Source of the DNA: Epiperipatus broadwayi
Lineage: Eukaryota; Animalia; Onychophora
Reading direction: 5' to 3'
Length of the DNA stretch: 64,000 nucleotides
Assembly (NCBI GenBank): GCA_028023455.1
Contig: JAQFVV010000003.1
Coordinates: 6,448,001-6,512,000, forward strand
Positions 26,776 through 40,900 of this stretch are shown here, piece after piece. The position numbers and the translations under genes were made by a program. Under the pieces are notes generated by a model. That model was not told the origin of the DNA and made no database searches. It saw only the letters and a program-made list of their open reading frames with translations. Position 1 is the first letter of the stretch; every line of letters begins with the position of its first letter.

Positions 26776-28261
26776 TTTGTTGCAGATCAAAGTGAAAGAC
26801 AGTAGAAGCAACAAGCTAAAAAACTAGTGTTTGTTATAGATGATTATATTTTGGTTTTATGAGTTGGTTTGTAGAGACATTTCAAATCTTATCCTTAACT
26901 TAATCTTTGTCATTCGGTCTTGATTTTTCATTTTGCAAAGTTAGAATGGTCATACTTATTCATGAAAGATAATCAATAAATTGATGTGGGCGGGAAAATT
27001 GGTAGATGAACTGCAAATAGAAGTGCAACAGCTGCAGAAAAGTTGTTTGATCATTGGATGTTTCAGTAATTAAAAATGACCATATTTGAACAGTGCACCA
27101 CCAAGGATACACTTTAGATTTTTTCAGTTAGATAATCCTAGCTAAATCAACAGCCCTAATATAAATCAGTCAAAAAGTATCCATCTATTCTAATATGAAA
27201 TGTAAAAGTTTTAAGGCAATAATAAGGTGAATCGCATGTGCTGACTGTAGAATAATTTATTCTTTACCAGGGATGAAAAAGAAATCAGTACACTTCCTAA
27301 CTTAAAATAAAACACAGTAAAGCAATTTACTTTTATAGAACTATATTCAAATCAAAATTTGTATCAAACCTTAAGCTCAATGATTCTATCAGAATAAAAG
27401 ATTTTTGATATCTCAACCATATTTGTATTTTCATTCTCCCTACTTATCATTACTATACTAAATGTTGCTTTAAAAATAGACTCAATTAATTAATTATCTA
27501 GTATTTATACTCAAACTTATAATAGATATCACTGAGTTACAGTGAAGAGAACTCATGAAAGCAAAAACAAAAGAAGGGTTGAAATGTTTTGTTCCTTAGT
27601 GCATCACCTGTCTATTTCACTACTTCAGATATAAAGTAAAGTATGGATATTTTTTTAAGAGGTTGATAAGTTCCAAGTAAGTTTAGGATTTTTCAGTTAG
27701 CTAGATCTATAAGCCAATCAAGTTAATGTTCTAATTATTAGTTGTTCATAGAGAAAAAAAAAAAGGGGGGGGGGTATAAAATCATGAACAACCAATTATA
27801 ATTCAACAGGAAAGCAGGAATTTTCCTTTAAGTTGATCTGTTTTAAAGTTATTTTATTTTACCATTACTATTTTATAATCATATTAGATAAATGGATGAA
27901 TTGTGAATTCTAAGCCATGCACATAGAGGCTGTTGTACTTTTGACTACACATAAAATTTTTAAGCAATGACACTTTATTATTATATCACCATCAAAAAGT
28001 ACGCAAGGAAAACAAAACTGAGCATTTTTAATTTCAGAACCACACAACCATTTTATTTTTTCATACCAATCATTGTTTAAAAAATCTAATATATATTTTT
28101 GTTTTTACTAACTACTGTTTGACAATTGATAATAGCTGGAGTAGATCCATCTTTACTTTTTATTTCAATTTTTTTCATATAATGTCAATTGGGAAAATGT
28201 AATTTGTTTTTTATATCAACACTAACACTCATTACAATAAATATTTATATGTTAATTTATA

Positions 28262-28430
28262 GAAATCAGTCAATACTTAGACAATCCCAATATCAATAAT
28301 GATCAATAATCTCAATCTGTTGTCAAGGCAACCTACTTTTAATAATAAAGGTGGATTCCACCATTATTTATGGTCCAATATATATATATATATCTAGGCA
28401 CTAAAGATTGCAACTTGACCACAGAGATAA
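28262..28430 (-). repeat. Family D copy
   Basis: Reverse complement of 12730-12895, including the AATAAAGGTGG..CCACC hairpin. Confidence 0.75.
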
Positions 28431-28842
28431 AGGTTAATTAGAAAAGAAAAGAAAATATTTTATTGCTCACCTTAAATAAAAACAATAAAAATTTATTCAC
28501 TCTGAAGAGAAACCATAATAGATAAACATATCATTCTCAAATAACTACTAATGCTACCACAACCAACAACTCCAATGGCATTTCACATTGTCAAGAACAA
28601 ATAGAATATTGGTGGAAGTTGCTGCAATTCACTAAATATGTTATTTCTGATACTGATATATTTAGCAGCATCTTTGAATAAAATCTCAAGCATTGCTTAA
28701 AATAATTCTTTTTAAAAATAGTTTAATTAGTTGTATTTTCATAATAATTATGCAAAATAATGAATGATTATTATATTATTGATATCTTCAAGCACAAATT
28801 TATTAAATAATTTTTATATTTTTTCTGAGAACTGCCACATAC

Positions 28843-28870
28843 CTTTAGCATTCTTCCTACTCTCATTCAT
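28843..28870 (-). CDS. Possible start exon (MNESRKNAK)
   Basis: Donor AAG/GTATGT, next to the 29 kb CpG patch. An overlapping 3-codon uORF makes it doubtful. Confidence 0.2.
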
Positions 28871-28989
28871 CCATCTCAAATGAGGTATCCTTTTGGGCTT
28901 TTAAGACTGTAGGGCTTAAAATTTAGGATTTCTGGTAATTGATTCTGTACTATGCATTTAAACAATGTGTTAAACTTACTTAATTATGT

Positions 28990-29540
28990 GAGCTGACAAA
29001 TCCGATCTAGCAATAACTATATTTTAAAAAAGAAAATATCTATTTATGTTTAATAGTTATAAATTTAATCATTTTCCAGTATAGTAAATTTCTCTTAGCG
29101 TTTTTACGGTAAATTTTAATGTTTAAGCTTCTAAAAAGCTCGTCAATAAAACAAGAAGATACCGAAAGCATTTAAAAACAACTAAAATTTATTGTTAAAT
29201 AATAAAATCAGGCAATTTAAATTGCAATTAACCATGCAACTATGTTGACTCAAAACATAAAGAGGCTGATTTATGAATAACAAAATCATATTCCGAAGTT
29301 GTTTACGTGTTTTTTTTTTAATATTTTTTCAATTTGGAAAAACAAAAACAAATGTTAATATTAAAATAGTATAAAAACAGTTTTAGTTCGAAAATGAAAA
29401 GGCTTACAATATTATAAATTCGTATAGAAATTTTTTGCTTATGAGCGTTATTGTGTGCGTGGTAGGTGTATATATATGCCATAAATTTAATTTTATAATA
29501 TGTAATTGTGTAATATGAAGCAAAGGCTTCAAATAACGTA
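28990..29540. promoter_or_regulatory. CpG-retaining, promoter-like patch
   Basis: 12 CpGs counted in about 550 bp. A minus-strand GTAAGT donor lies at about 28980. Confidence 0.45.
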
Positions 29541-30094
29541 GAAGTATAAAAGCAAGGATGCTGGAATAAAAATGAATGGTTTTGAACAAAAAACTATTTT
29601 TTTATTGCAAGGAGTAAAAAATTTGATCCAACACCACCACCAAAAAATAAAAATAAATAGAATAGTTGATGGATAATGGTGATTCTTGACAAGATACAAT
29701 GAAGTGTTTTGGAAAAGACCTTTTAAATGAGATGATATTGAATTATTATAAAAATGGAAATTTCTAACATACTTTGAAAATAGTAAGGAGAAGCCCCCCC
29801 CCCCCGAATGAATTAAAAAAACAACAACACATGAGACAACCAATGTAAAGATAAACAGGTACTAAATAGCTCATTTCAGGGCAATGGTATCTCCAACAGT
29901 ATTTTAAAAAAAAAAAACGGTGAAGAAGTAATAATATTTCACTAATCAGTTTCTTCATTGTTTAATCTTCTAGCTAAGATTAATTAGATACTCATTTAGC
30001 AAACAATAATTGGATGTCTTGTTGGAATAGCTTTGGGAAAAATTGTACAATTTTTACAGAGATATGCAAGATAAATATATCTGTGTTTACATAT

Positions 30095-30420
30095 AATAGA
30101 CAAAACTCTCTATATGTATTGCCACTCAGTGCAAGCCAGAGTAATCAATGGATGCCAGAAGGCTTGTGCATAAAATCCTCATGTAGTTCATATTCATTCA
30201 ATATCCCCCAGACTGGTTTCTGACTTGTGGCCTTCATCAGTGAGGAGTCTTGGATCTGAGACTACTGCATTTAGATCTTAGGATCTCTTTTATGCACAAG
30301 CCTTCTGGAATACATTGATTACTCTTGTTTGCACAGAGTGGCAATATGTATAGAGAGTTTTGCCTGTTTTAATAACAGTTAAAAGCAAGCATAAGAAATA
30401 GTGATCATGTGATGTCTATT
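30095..30420. mobile_element. Family B fold-back insertion (minus copy then plus copy)
   Basis: Inverted arms of about 75 bp at 30101-30175 and 30288-30362. The spacer is family B sequence carrying the hammerhead. Confidence 0.9.
30204..30246 (-). ncRNA. Type I minimal hammerhead (family B)
   Basis: TCCTCA CTGATGA A GGC CACAA GTC A GAAA CCAG TC TGGGGGA. Confidence 0.7.
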
Positions 30421-30429
30421 GGCTTATAT

Positions 30430-30960
30430 ATATAATAATGATGAAAGCTTTCCTTTCCAATGACAATTATATCTAACTCTTTTTCAAACTATTTTACAAG
30501 ATATTCTGAATAATAAACCATTTAGTAAATATTTTCATATTTCTTATTTTCTTCGTACATTGTTTTGTTTCAGTAAAAAATTTATTAGTAAATTGGTTTT
30601 TTTTTAATGCTAGTTAGCTTTCTTGCAGTTCCAAAAGGAGTATTTGTTATCTTCTTATCTTGAAATACATATTTTAAGGTAGACAGAATATAATTCAATT
30701 CTGCTGCATTTACTTTAAAGTCTCCATATCCATATCTATTTAACTTTTTTTTTTAAAAAAAGGTCATAATATACAGTTTTTCTTTTTCTACAAATCTCTA
30801 CAAGTTTGTATGCTCTCTTTCATTTTTGTCATATAACTTAATTTACCAATAGCACTTTTATCTTTCAATAATTTATCAAATCTGATATTAAAACTTCCCA
30901 AGACAATTTAAAATATTGCTCTCATTAAAAGCATTTTCTACATACATATAAAATACTCTA
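30430..30960 (-). mobile_element. Decayed RTE-type APE endonuclease fragment
   Basis: RYGYGDFKVNAAELNYIL...KITNTPF resembles the GxFGxGxRNxxG...MNTFF segment. Confidence 0.4.
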
Positions 30961-30999
30961 CACCATAATACAGTATGTACATATTGTAAATGTGTTGGT

Positions 31000-32031
31000 C
31001 ACCCATTGTTTTAAAATGAAACAACAAGTAACTAACAGCAGAAGGGATGAATCCATTCAAAAAGGCAAAAAAAGCAATTTAAAGTCAAAAAACAAATTGC
31101 CTACATAAACAACATGAGAAATAGTGACTCTGTTTTCAAATACAAAGTTATTATTAATGATGTGCCAGTCACAATGAACTGGATACAGTTTTCAATATCC
31201 ATAGTGTCAAACAAGACCTGGGCTACTATAAGTAACAGTAATAAATTTCAGCTGCATTCTAACAGCAAATCAAAAACTGGTTACCAGGGCAACAACATAA
31301 CACTCTTGGGACAGACAAAAGTCAAAGTTACAATGCCTTATAAAACTATATATCTACTGCTGGTTGTTGCATCAGGTGAATATAGCAATTTATAAGGCTA
31401 TGACTGGTTAAGTCACTTAGGATTTGCAGTCACAAAAGTGGACCATTTCATAACAATAAGTAATTTAAAAAGGGTTTACTCAGAAGTTGTTAATAGTCTG
31501 GGTTTAAACCCTAAAATAGTGCACAAAACTATAAGCACAAAAAGTAGATAGGTACTATATTCTATGTCACATGTTCAAGGACACTACCAAATGGGTTCCA
31601 GCAGTGGTGACTGGATATAAAAGGCTTCAAACAGAAGTAGTTAAAACTTCTGATTGACAATAATATCACTGTCATAAGAAACAATTTAGGTTAAATAAAT
31701 ATACAGTTCCATGACAAGTTATCAGCAAAACCTCACCAGATGAAAATAAATAGCAAACCAACAGTGATGTCGCATCAATCAGATGCATGAATCTACAATT
31801 CCAAAATCATCCATCAGCAAAACCTCATCAGATAAAACACTTTCAATCTACCAGTGATAAATCATCAGTCATTTGTAATGAACCTTCAGCTCCATGAACA
31901 TCAAATGATAACACCAGTGGATCTCCTGAGAACATTATCAAGCCAAAAGAGGTAACAAAGCAAAGAAAATATCTTCAAACATACCTGCATGACTACATTC
32001 TCCAGAACTAATTTTAACCAGAGAAAGGAAA
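31000..32031 (+). mobile_element. Internally deleted Gypsy element: protease, integrase tail and PPT
   Basis: INDVPVTM then (frameshifted) ELDT at about 31177-31187, SISIVSNKTW, YQGNNITLLG..V.V, GYDWL. Later come YHCHKKQFR, YLHDYIL* and a purine tract at 32020-32031. Confidence 0.75.
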
Positions 32032-32884
32032 TATCATATTTCATCTTGCCTTCAAATAATGAATTAGTTCAGATTCCTTTCTTATAACAATTGGATTGAG
32101 CATTCATTGCCACTAACCAATGCATATATAAAAAATAATCCATGTTCAATGGCAAGAACAGATCAATAAGCAAAGATGCTCACTGAATCCAAATCTTTTC
32201 ATTAAGGTTGGGGATCAGGCAATAAATAATCAGGCTTTTTGAAGGTAAGTAGAGAATGACTGTCAAATGAAAAAACAGCATACATTTTCCAAAGAACAAC
32301 TGTTAAACCTGAATAACAATAGCTCAATTCTCCATATATGGTCAAAGGAAACTCCTGCTAATGTGAACAGCAGTGATTGTTCTCCAGACTATAGCTATTT
32401 AATCTAACAGTTAATGCAGTAAGGCAAGTCCACATCCCAGGACCAGAAGCTATCACAACCAAAGATGGCTCAAGGCAAGCTGTAAATATAACCAGAGAAG
32501 TTTCTATACCTATTCACAAAGCAGGCTGGCAAATGTGGCTGGAAGTGGTAGAGAAATAGTCCCTTCTTCAACAGTTCACATTAGAACAAGTAGCTATATA
32601 CCACAAGATAGTAGCAGCAGAGCATAGCCATCATTCATTAAATCAGTAAATATTGTATATTCTGTAATAAATAAATTATTAAAACATATGTATACTCATT
32701 TGTGTTTATATATGTAAGAACTAGTAGGCAACTGAGAAGAAAGTCTAGTCAATAAACTCGTCAGATTGTCTACAATGCCAAAAAATGTGTAGAATGAATA
32801 AATGGAAATTGTCCTGGTTGGTTTCTTTAAGGCATCAAAGAGGAATTAGAGGATATCCTTTCATTTAACAGCAAACTCCTTTTT

Positions 32885-32939
<55 letters not shown>

Positions 32940-32941
<2 letters not shown>

Positions 32942-32945
32942 GGCT

Positions 32946-32981
<36 letters not shown>

Positions 32982-32987
32982 AGCCAT
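32940..32987. repeat. Perfect 48-bp palindrome ATGGCTACAA-(TA)14-TTGTAGCCAT
   Basis: Checked base by base. It sits next to another (TA)n run and a third TGGCTACAA copy. Confidence 0.95.
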
Positions 32988-33549
32988 GTGTATCTGGCTA
33001 CAAGCATTAAATATAAATATGAAATATGACAGCAATAATTATTAGCATTTTTAATTCTAAACCCTTAGTCAATACAGGGGTTAAGTGTTGTTCAAGTGGT
33101 GTGCATGCTAATTTTTTCCCATTCATCTCAAACAAATATTTCTGCACACAAAAAAAGTTTCATTAATTAGTAATAAAATTAACCTTTAGGAAAAGAAAAA
33201 AGAAGTGAAACAGTAATTTCATTATAAAAATTTGGAGTTTCAGAGAGAAAATAAGAAAATTATTGCTCTTTTTTTAGTAGTTTTCATTTTTCTATTTCCA
33301 TTTATGATTAACCAGATGTTCCCTTTTCTGTGCTTTTTAATAAGCAAGCATTGATAATTGTTATGGTGGAATGGTTAATTAAGTTGCTTATTGATAAACA
33401 CCTTATAAAACTGGATCGAAGTTATAATGTTTGATAAGCTTTAAAAGGCTGTCACAATAAATTAAGTCAGTATGTGTGAACTAGCAGATTTTATTTTGAA
33501 AACCATCTCCATCTAGTACCTGCACATAAAATTGCAACATTATAAAGAA

Positions 33550-33631
33550 TGTATTACTATTCAAATATATGATGGTTTCATATATATATATGTATTACTA
33601 TTCAAATATATGATGGTTTCATATATATATA
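33550..33631 (+). repeat. Perfect 41-bp tandem duplication
   Basis: TGTATTACTATTCAAATATATGATGGTTTCATATATATATA x2. Confidence 0.95.
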
Positions 33632-34849
33632 TATATATATATAAGTTAAATTTTATAAAAGTGATTTGCTAAAAAAAAGTGCTTATGGTCCATCTTTGAC
33701 CACATGAACACCATGAAAGAAGAAATGATGATATCCAGCTTGCATAATCTAGCATAAAAAATAAAGCTTAATTGCCATCCTAACTGTATCATATAAGAAC
33801 ATATACATGTCTTCCCAAATAAGAAAAAAATAAGATCTACTGAGGCCTAACAATAACCAGTTAAATTACCATGAGATATTCACAGATCAATCAAAAGATT
33901 AATCGTGGAAAAATACTATGAGCCATTTTGTTAACTTGCAAAATCCATAATTATTGAAGTACCACATGGATAAAATTGTTTAGTCACAAATTGCATAGGG
34001 TAATCAATGAACTAAGAATTCTTTTTAAAATGACAAATGGAAAATATACAAAAATCATAGTTGGACAATCAAAGTGTCAGTTTTTATAACTACCTTTTTG
34101 CTAGAAAAAGACAGGCAAAGACTAAAATTAAAAATAATTATTTATATTATCATTATACTATATAAATATTTACATATATCTTTTCAATTGTTAATCATTA
34201 ACCCATCAGTTTTTTTCTTTATATTAACCTTTACTGTTAAAATGAGGGTGTCTTGAAAACAGTTTGAAAATGCTTATTGTTAGTGATATTAGGATTGCTT
34301 AAGTGTTGACTGGCTTTTAATTATATATATATTCTAATCTTTTCCATGTGCATATTCACTTCTGGGCACTATAGTATTAAGTAAAAATGGGTTAGCTCAG
34401 TTACCGATTATTTTTGGTTAAATGCAAATAATTGATAATTAAAATACCCTGCATTAATATTAAAACATTCTACTAGATCAAATACAAAAATAAGAATAAG
34501 GTTCAGTTTATAAAATAAATAAATATTTATTATTTCATGAGACTTGGAAGTGAAAATACAGATGACAAGATAGATTACACTGAGCCAATATCCCACAGGA
34601 TACTACCTCAATGGCATAAGAACACTATCCCCTATTACTATCTCAAATAAATAAACTTATAGTATTCTTACAACTTTAATAACTCCTACTCATTAAGATT
34701 AAACTAATAATTAAATCTTAATCTTCTATTTATTATAATTTAGCTCAATAAAATCTCAGGTTCATAAAATTATTCTAAGATACTCAAATCACTGTAGTAA
34801 AACATGATAAGGGATTTTTATGTCATACTCTACTACACTTAAACTAATA

Positions 34850-35033
<184 letters not shown>

Positions 35034-38000
35034 TTTTTCATTGGATGAACTAATTTTATGTATCTTTTCTCTTCACTATAATTTTTATTATAATAAAATA
35101 ATAAAATACTATAATATAATCTTTTATCTTCATATAAGAACATAATAAATATGTGGTAGTATTAGATAATCTGAAAAATATATGTGTGACAATGGGTAGC
35201 ATTATAATTCAATGTGCCATTGCAATAATTAATTTATGACCATAAGATAATGTAAAATGTGATTACTTAAATAAATAAATACCAAGAAAATATTAGAATT
35301 TGTAAAATAATTCTTTATTTATAGCTGTGTAAAAAAATATTATGTTTGATTTAGTGACTGTGTATCTCATGCATTGTGATGGGAAGAATAAATAACCATA
35401 ACAGACAAACTTTTGAAAACAAATTTAACAAAGTTTTATTATAACACTAAAACAAAATAACCCTTTATTTACAATATTTACATTTTTAACATCCTTAAAT
35501 TTGCACCGTTATACATTTCTATTTAGAACCTAGTTAAGTCTTCACTCTGACTTAAAGTAATAATAATAAAAAAACAATACAATTTTATTGATCCCTTTAT
35601 GATCAATCTTATGATAAAATTACATTTATTTATACTTATTTAAAACATATCATATCTTTAACTATTATTTAACTATGCTTCTTTTTTATTAAACATCTAT
35701 TGAAACATAGTACGGAAAAACAAAATAATAACAATAATCAAGAGCATGGATATTTTTCATTAGACAATTTCATTTTGCAATGTTAAAAGATATCATGTAA
35801 AATATCTACTGATAATTTATTACTAGATTGTGTGGATATCGTAGTTCACTACATTGTGATTATTAAATATAACATATCCCATTTAATATTACTCTAATAC
35901 TATATAGTTGTAATCACTAATATATTCCCTATTATTTAATAAATATAAAACTGTACCTATCCTTATTGTTTATATCATTTTATTTTATAACATTATATCT
36001 TACAAATATGCAGTACTCATTAAAAAAATGAAATAAAATATTTTAAAAAATTATTTAATATTTCACAAGCAACTTTGCTTTACATATTTCATTCCTGAAA
36101 TTTATTTTATTTCCAAAATAAAATCTAAAAAATATATTTTATGATTCTTTTTCTTTTTGAATACATTGGATTTTCAATTCCAATTTATACCAATTATACT
36201 TCTTCTTACAAGTAAATGAACTTATCTCATTCAGACAATAGCATATCTTAAACTCTAAATTATCTATTATTTCTTTTAAAATATACCATACTTTGCGATG
36301 TAGTTACTTTGGAAATCTAGATAGTGAATAGATGTGTAGTTAAGGGAAGAAAAACTAGAGTATAACTCATAGCACATATCGGGAAAAAATACTATGACAC
36401 AGTGTATCTATAAGAAATAGAAGCATGACCTATTCTGTCTAATGACCTCCAATACTATTAATGATGTCAAAGCTATTACTTCAGATTTATTTGAAACATC
36501 AATACTTAAAGAAAATAAACACTGTCCACACATAAATATACACCTACAGGGCTTTGTTAACTGTATTGCATATCTAATAAAATTACTAAATACTATTCAT
36601 ATTCCCTTATTACATCCTACCTAAATATCATCTCCTGGGTTCATGTTCATAAGATTACAACCAAGTCACTATCTTATCATTATTTCCTAAAAGATTTATC
36701 AAATCTTACATCGACAAATAACTAACTTGCATATTCAAAATAATAAACAAAATTCATTTATAATTAGAGCGATCTCACTAATCCACAAGAAAAGGCTGCT
36801 TACTTTCTTATTCTATATTCTAAACATATACAAACTAATCATATAAATACTTTGAATATCCAATAATATGAAAGTTTTTAAAAGAATCACATAAATATTC
36901 ATCATCATGTTGTGTTATATTACTAGTATAAAATTATAGTATGCATATTCTCAGAATAAATCCTAATCTTATAATTTAAAATTATTGTACAAATGCATTT
37001 ACATATAATTTAACATTCATACTTCCTTACATTATAATTCATAGGCAATCTGCAAAAAAAAAAGAAAAACAAAAATATACATCATAAAATATATCAATAT
37101 TCATTAACTATTACCAAGTGATATTGACTTGTCATCATATTTGCAGTCTCTTTTTCCATCAATTAGATACAACATTGCATACATGAAAATACAATCCATA
37201 CTTTTACTTAAATGTTCTTATTTAAATTATTAAAATTATTCTACTATAAGATTATAATATTATCAATTCATGTTCCTACTCTTATAAACCAAAAATAATT
37301 ACATTTAAAAATTAATAAATGAGTCAAAACTCTATTTACTTAATCTTCAGCTGAGACGAATGTTTTTTATAAATTCAAATATTTCTATTTTCTTTCTCCA
37401 AAGTTTTTTTTTTAAAAAATGTTCTCTTCAAGAGCGATTTTGAAACTCCCCTCGTTGCTACTTGATGATGAACAAGACAAACTGTTTCCAGAGATGAGCA
37501 TTGTACTCCTTCCAGTATGAAAATCTCAGATTTAAAATAATAATAATAATAAAAAAAATACATCTGAAAAATCTTGAAAAATTAAATAAAATAATCACCA
37601 ACCCATCCTGGATAAGTTCATAGAATAATAGTTTATGTTTCTATTGTCCAGAATGATGCTTATTAAAATCATAATATTAAAAAAATCCTGTGAAGCTTTT
37701 ATACTATAGTATTCCATATCGGCATAGTGATGCATCAATCCTGTTGGCTTAGCTTGAACTATACAGATAAACTTTTTGTGCAATATAAGATATTTCTATA
37801 ATTCCATACTTTTATTTACTCCTGTGTTCTTTTTCTTTGTAGGTTTCATCTTTAATAAAATTTATTGCTATTTATTATCTATTTTCAACGGTTTCATTAT
37901 TATCTTAAAATTCAGGGTTTTTTAAAACAATTTTATAAGTGCGTATAATCCTATACCTCAGGTTTTTATAACATACGCTTTTGTAAATATTTCCATTAGT

Positions 38001-39605
38001 TTTTACTTAAAATAATTTCTTGCAAATATTTTAAATGTTTTCCTTCAAAAAGGATATAACATTAATTTCTGTAGCATTGTTTCCATCAATTATTATAAAA
38101 TATACTTGTCATTTTTACATATTAATCTTGGACAAGACTATATTGCTGTTATATAAAAATAATGTGTATTTTACTTTTAACTGGCAAATAGCTTTCCTAT
38201 TAAGCTTCCTGTACAATGTCCATAATAATAATTTATTCACTGGAATAGTCCTCTTGGTTAATATTATTAATATTATATTCACAATTATTAGATTTCTCTT
38301 TAAAATTTCCCTTAAATACATTTTAATTATCGGCATTTTCATATTTTTATTGCAAAGTATATTAAGTTTCTGATGAATACTCCTGGTAATGGAACTTTTA
38401 AAATTAACAATGCATATTAAAATGAAGTTATTAAATGATTTTTATTTTACACTCTTTTTGCAAATACTTTAAATAAATGTCCTATTAGCTTTGCAAATAA
38501 ATTGTACAAGAGCACTAAAAAAAATTGACTAAAATAATAAAATTTTAAAATTACTATCCCCTCGATAGCTACTGATATGATCACTGATACATTTGATCAC
38601 CTATTAATCATCCCTAATACCCCCCATGCAATCAGTATTTATATCCTAGAGAATACCTCATTCTATTGGTGGATTCTTACTTTTCATTTGATACCAAATT
38701 TGCATAATGTTACAATCTTACACAATTAAATTTCAAAATAAAAAAATATGATGTATTATAACCTTAAAATATTATTTTTAAGTCAATTATTACTTTACTA
38801 AATTAATTAAATATTTTAAAAGACTTTTAAAAATAATATTTAATAATTTATCCCACTCTTAATATTTAATTTATCTATTTTATTTTAAAACAAAATATCT
38901 AACTTTTATTAACTGGATTCATCTTTATTACATTATTTAAACATTTATAATGACTAACTTAATATTTGCTTTTATGATAGGTAATAATTATATCCAATTT
39001 TATAATGCAATTTTAAAATATTTTGAACTTTACTAATCTAAACACTAGCAAGCATGTGTGTATAACCATACATTATACAAGTCACATGACTAATAGCCAA
39101 GACAGACTATCTGATTTTCTGCCTGGGAATAACAATAAATTGCTACACTTGTATTAAATAAAATAACACAATAATACAAAATTTGGAAGAATGATTTAGA
39201 AATATAGAATTAAGTACAACTTTCACTACCATAAAGCTTACTTTTAGAATATATGATATTAATTATAACTATTAAATATAATTTATAATTTTAAATATAA
39301 CATTTATTTAACTATAAGTTTATGACTATTAAAACTGAACTTTTTAAACATACTTTTAAATATTTATAGCTGCATTATTTGTTATGGCCAGCTTTTGCAA
39401 CCATATGTAATAATATTTTTAACTTTACTTAAGTATTTTAAGGTTATTCATTATAATTTTATGCATTACGTATTTTATTTAGCCTCAAATTGTATCTTTA
39501 AGATATTATTAATACAATATAACTAACACATCAAGAAAACATAGTCTAAATTTAAAATTTTTTAATAATTTTCTGTGATGAGCTGATTCTGACATATATA
39601 TATAT

Positions 39606-39805
39606 ATATATAAAATTAAGAGCATGCTAATAGCTCTAAACAAGCTTTTTTTTTTTTTTTATTTATGATAAATGCTACTACAAGAGAAGACATTCAATCC
39701 AAGATAAAAATGATTTGAATGTCTTCTCTTGTAGTAGCATTTATCATAAATAAATAAAAAAAAAAGCTTGTTTAGAGCTATTAGCATGCTCTTAATTTTA
39801 CATAT
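39606..39805. repeat. Near-perfect 200-bp palindrome with a 17-nt loop
   Basis: The arms differ mainly in the poly-T/A tract. The loop TCCAAGATAAAAATGAT is at 39698-39714. Confidence 0.97.
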
Positions 39806-40036
39806 TTGTAAGTGCAAGCTATATATAAGTCATGTGACATCTGACTTGTTATTATTACTATATATATATATATGCTTTAGAGTAAGGTGTATATTTATAT
39901 TTTTTGTTGTATACCTTATCTACTTTCTAAGTGAGGAATGGTAAATGCATATTATCAATTATCATTATGTAATTCAACCTTGATGGTGCATCTGAGTAAT
40001 AGAGTAAATATTTTTGTATGTATATTTATCTAATTA

Positions 40037-40438
<402 letters not shown>

Positions 40439-40449
40439 GTAATGCAATT

Positions 40450-40900
40450 TATCATAATCTAGTGATGCAGATGCCTTGTCAATAGTTCTAAAACAATATT
40501 ACTACTGGAATAAAACTGTTATTATTATATGTTTTGCTTTATTCACTTTTCATTTATGCATTTCATCAAGTTAACTGAGTAGTGCAATATTGCTAGTGAG
40601 TTTAATGAATCTCAAACCTATGTAAATAAACGATCTGTAAAGCTTCAAATCTTTCTCTTCATTTCACTAATATTTCTGTTCTTTATAAAGCTACTTTATG
40701 CTAATAGGATTTCCACAAATGGTATAAATTGCTAGTGGAGCCATTCTGAATCATTAATAATATGACCAACCAGAACTAATAAATAATATAATGACCTTAG
40801 GTATTATGGATTGTATCCATATAATGAGCAGGAAATATTACTGTGTGGAGTTAACATTATCAGCAATAGACTATTTAAGCTGATAATGCCTCTCAGTATG
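40450..40900 (-). mobile_element. Decayed Gypsy RT/connection fragment
   Basis: VGHIIND and LYRSFIYIGLRFIKLTSNIALL resemble the LGHII.. / LRSFLG..YxRFIxNxSxIA motifs. Confidence 0.4.

Noticed and set aside
32032-32774. 3' LTR of the Gypsy remnant
   Set aside because: It follows a purine tract but starts TA, lacks matching termini and has no partner LTR, so its boundaries cannot be supported.
38035-38373. 112-aa hydrophobic ORF
   Set aside because: Its F/I/L/N/Y-rich composition is expected from AT-rich DNA, and it has no recognisable motif.
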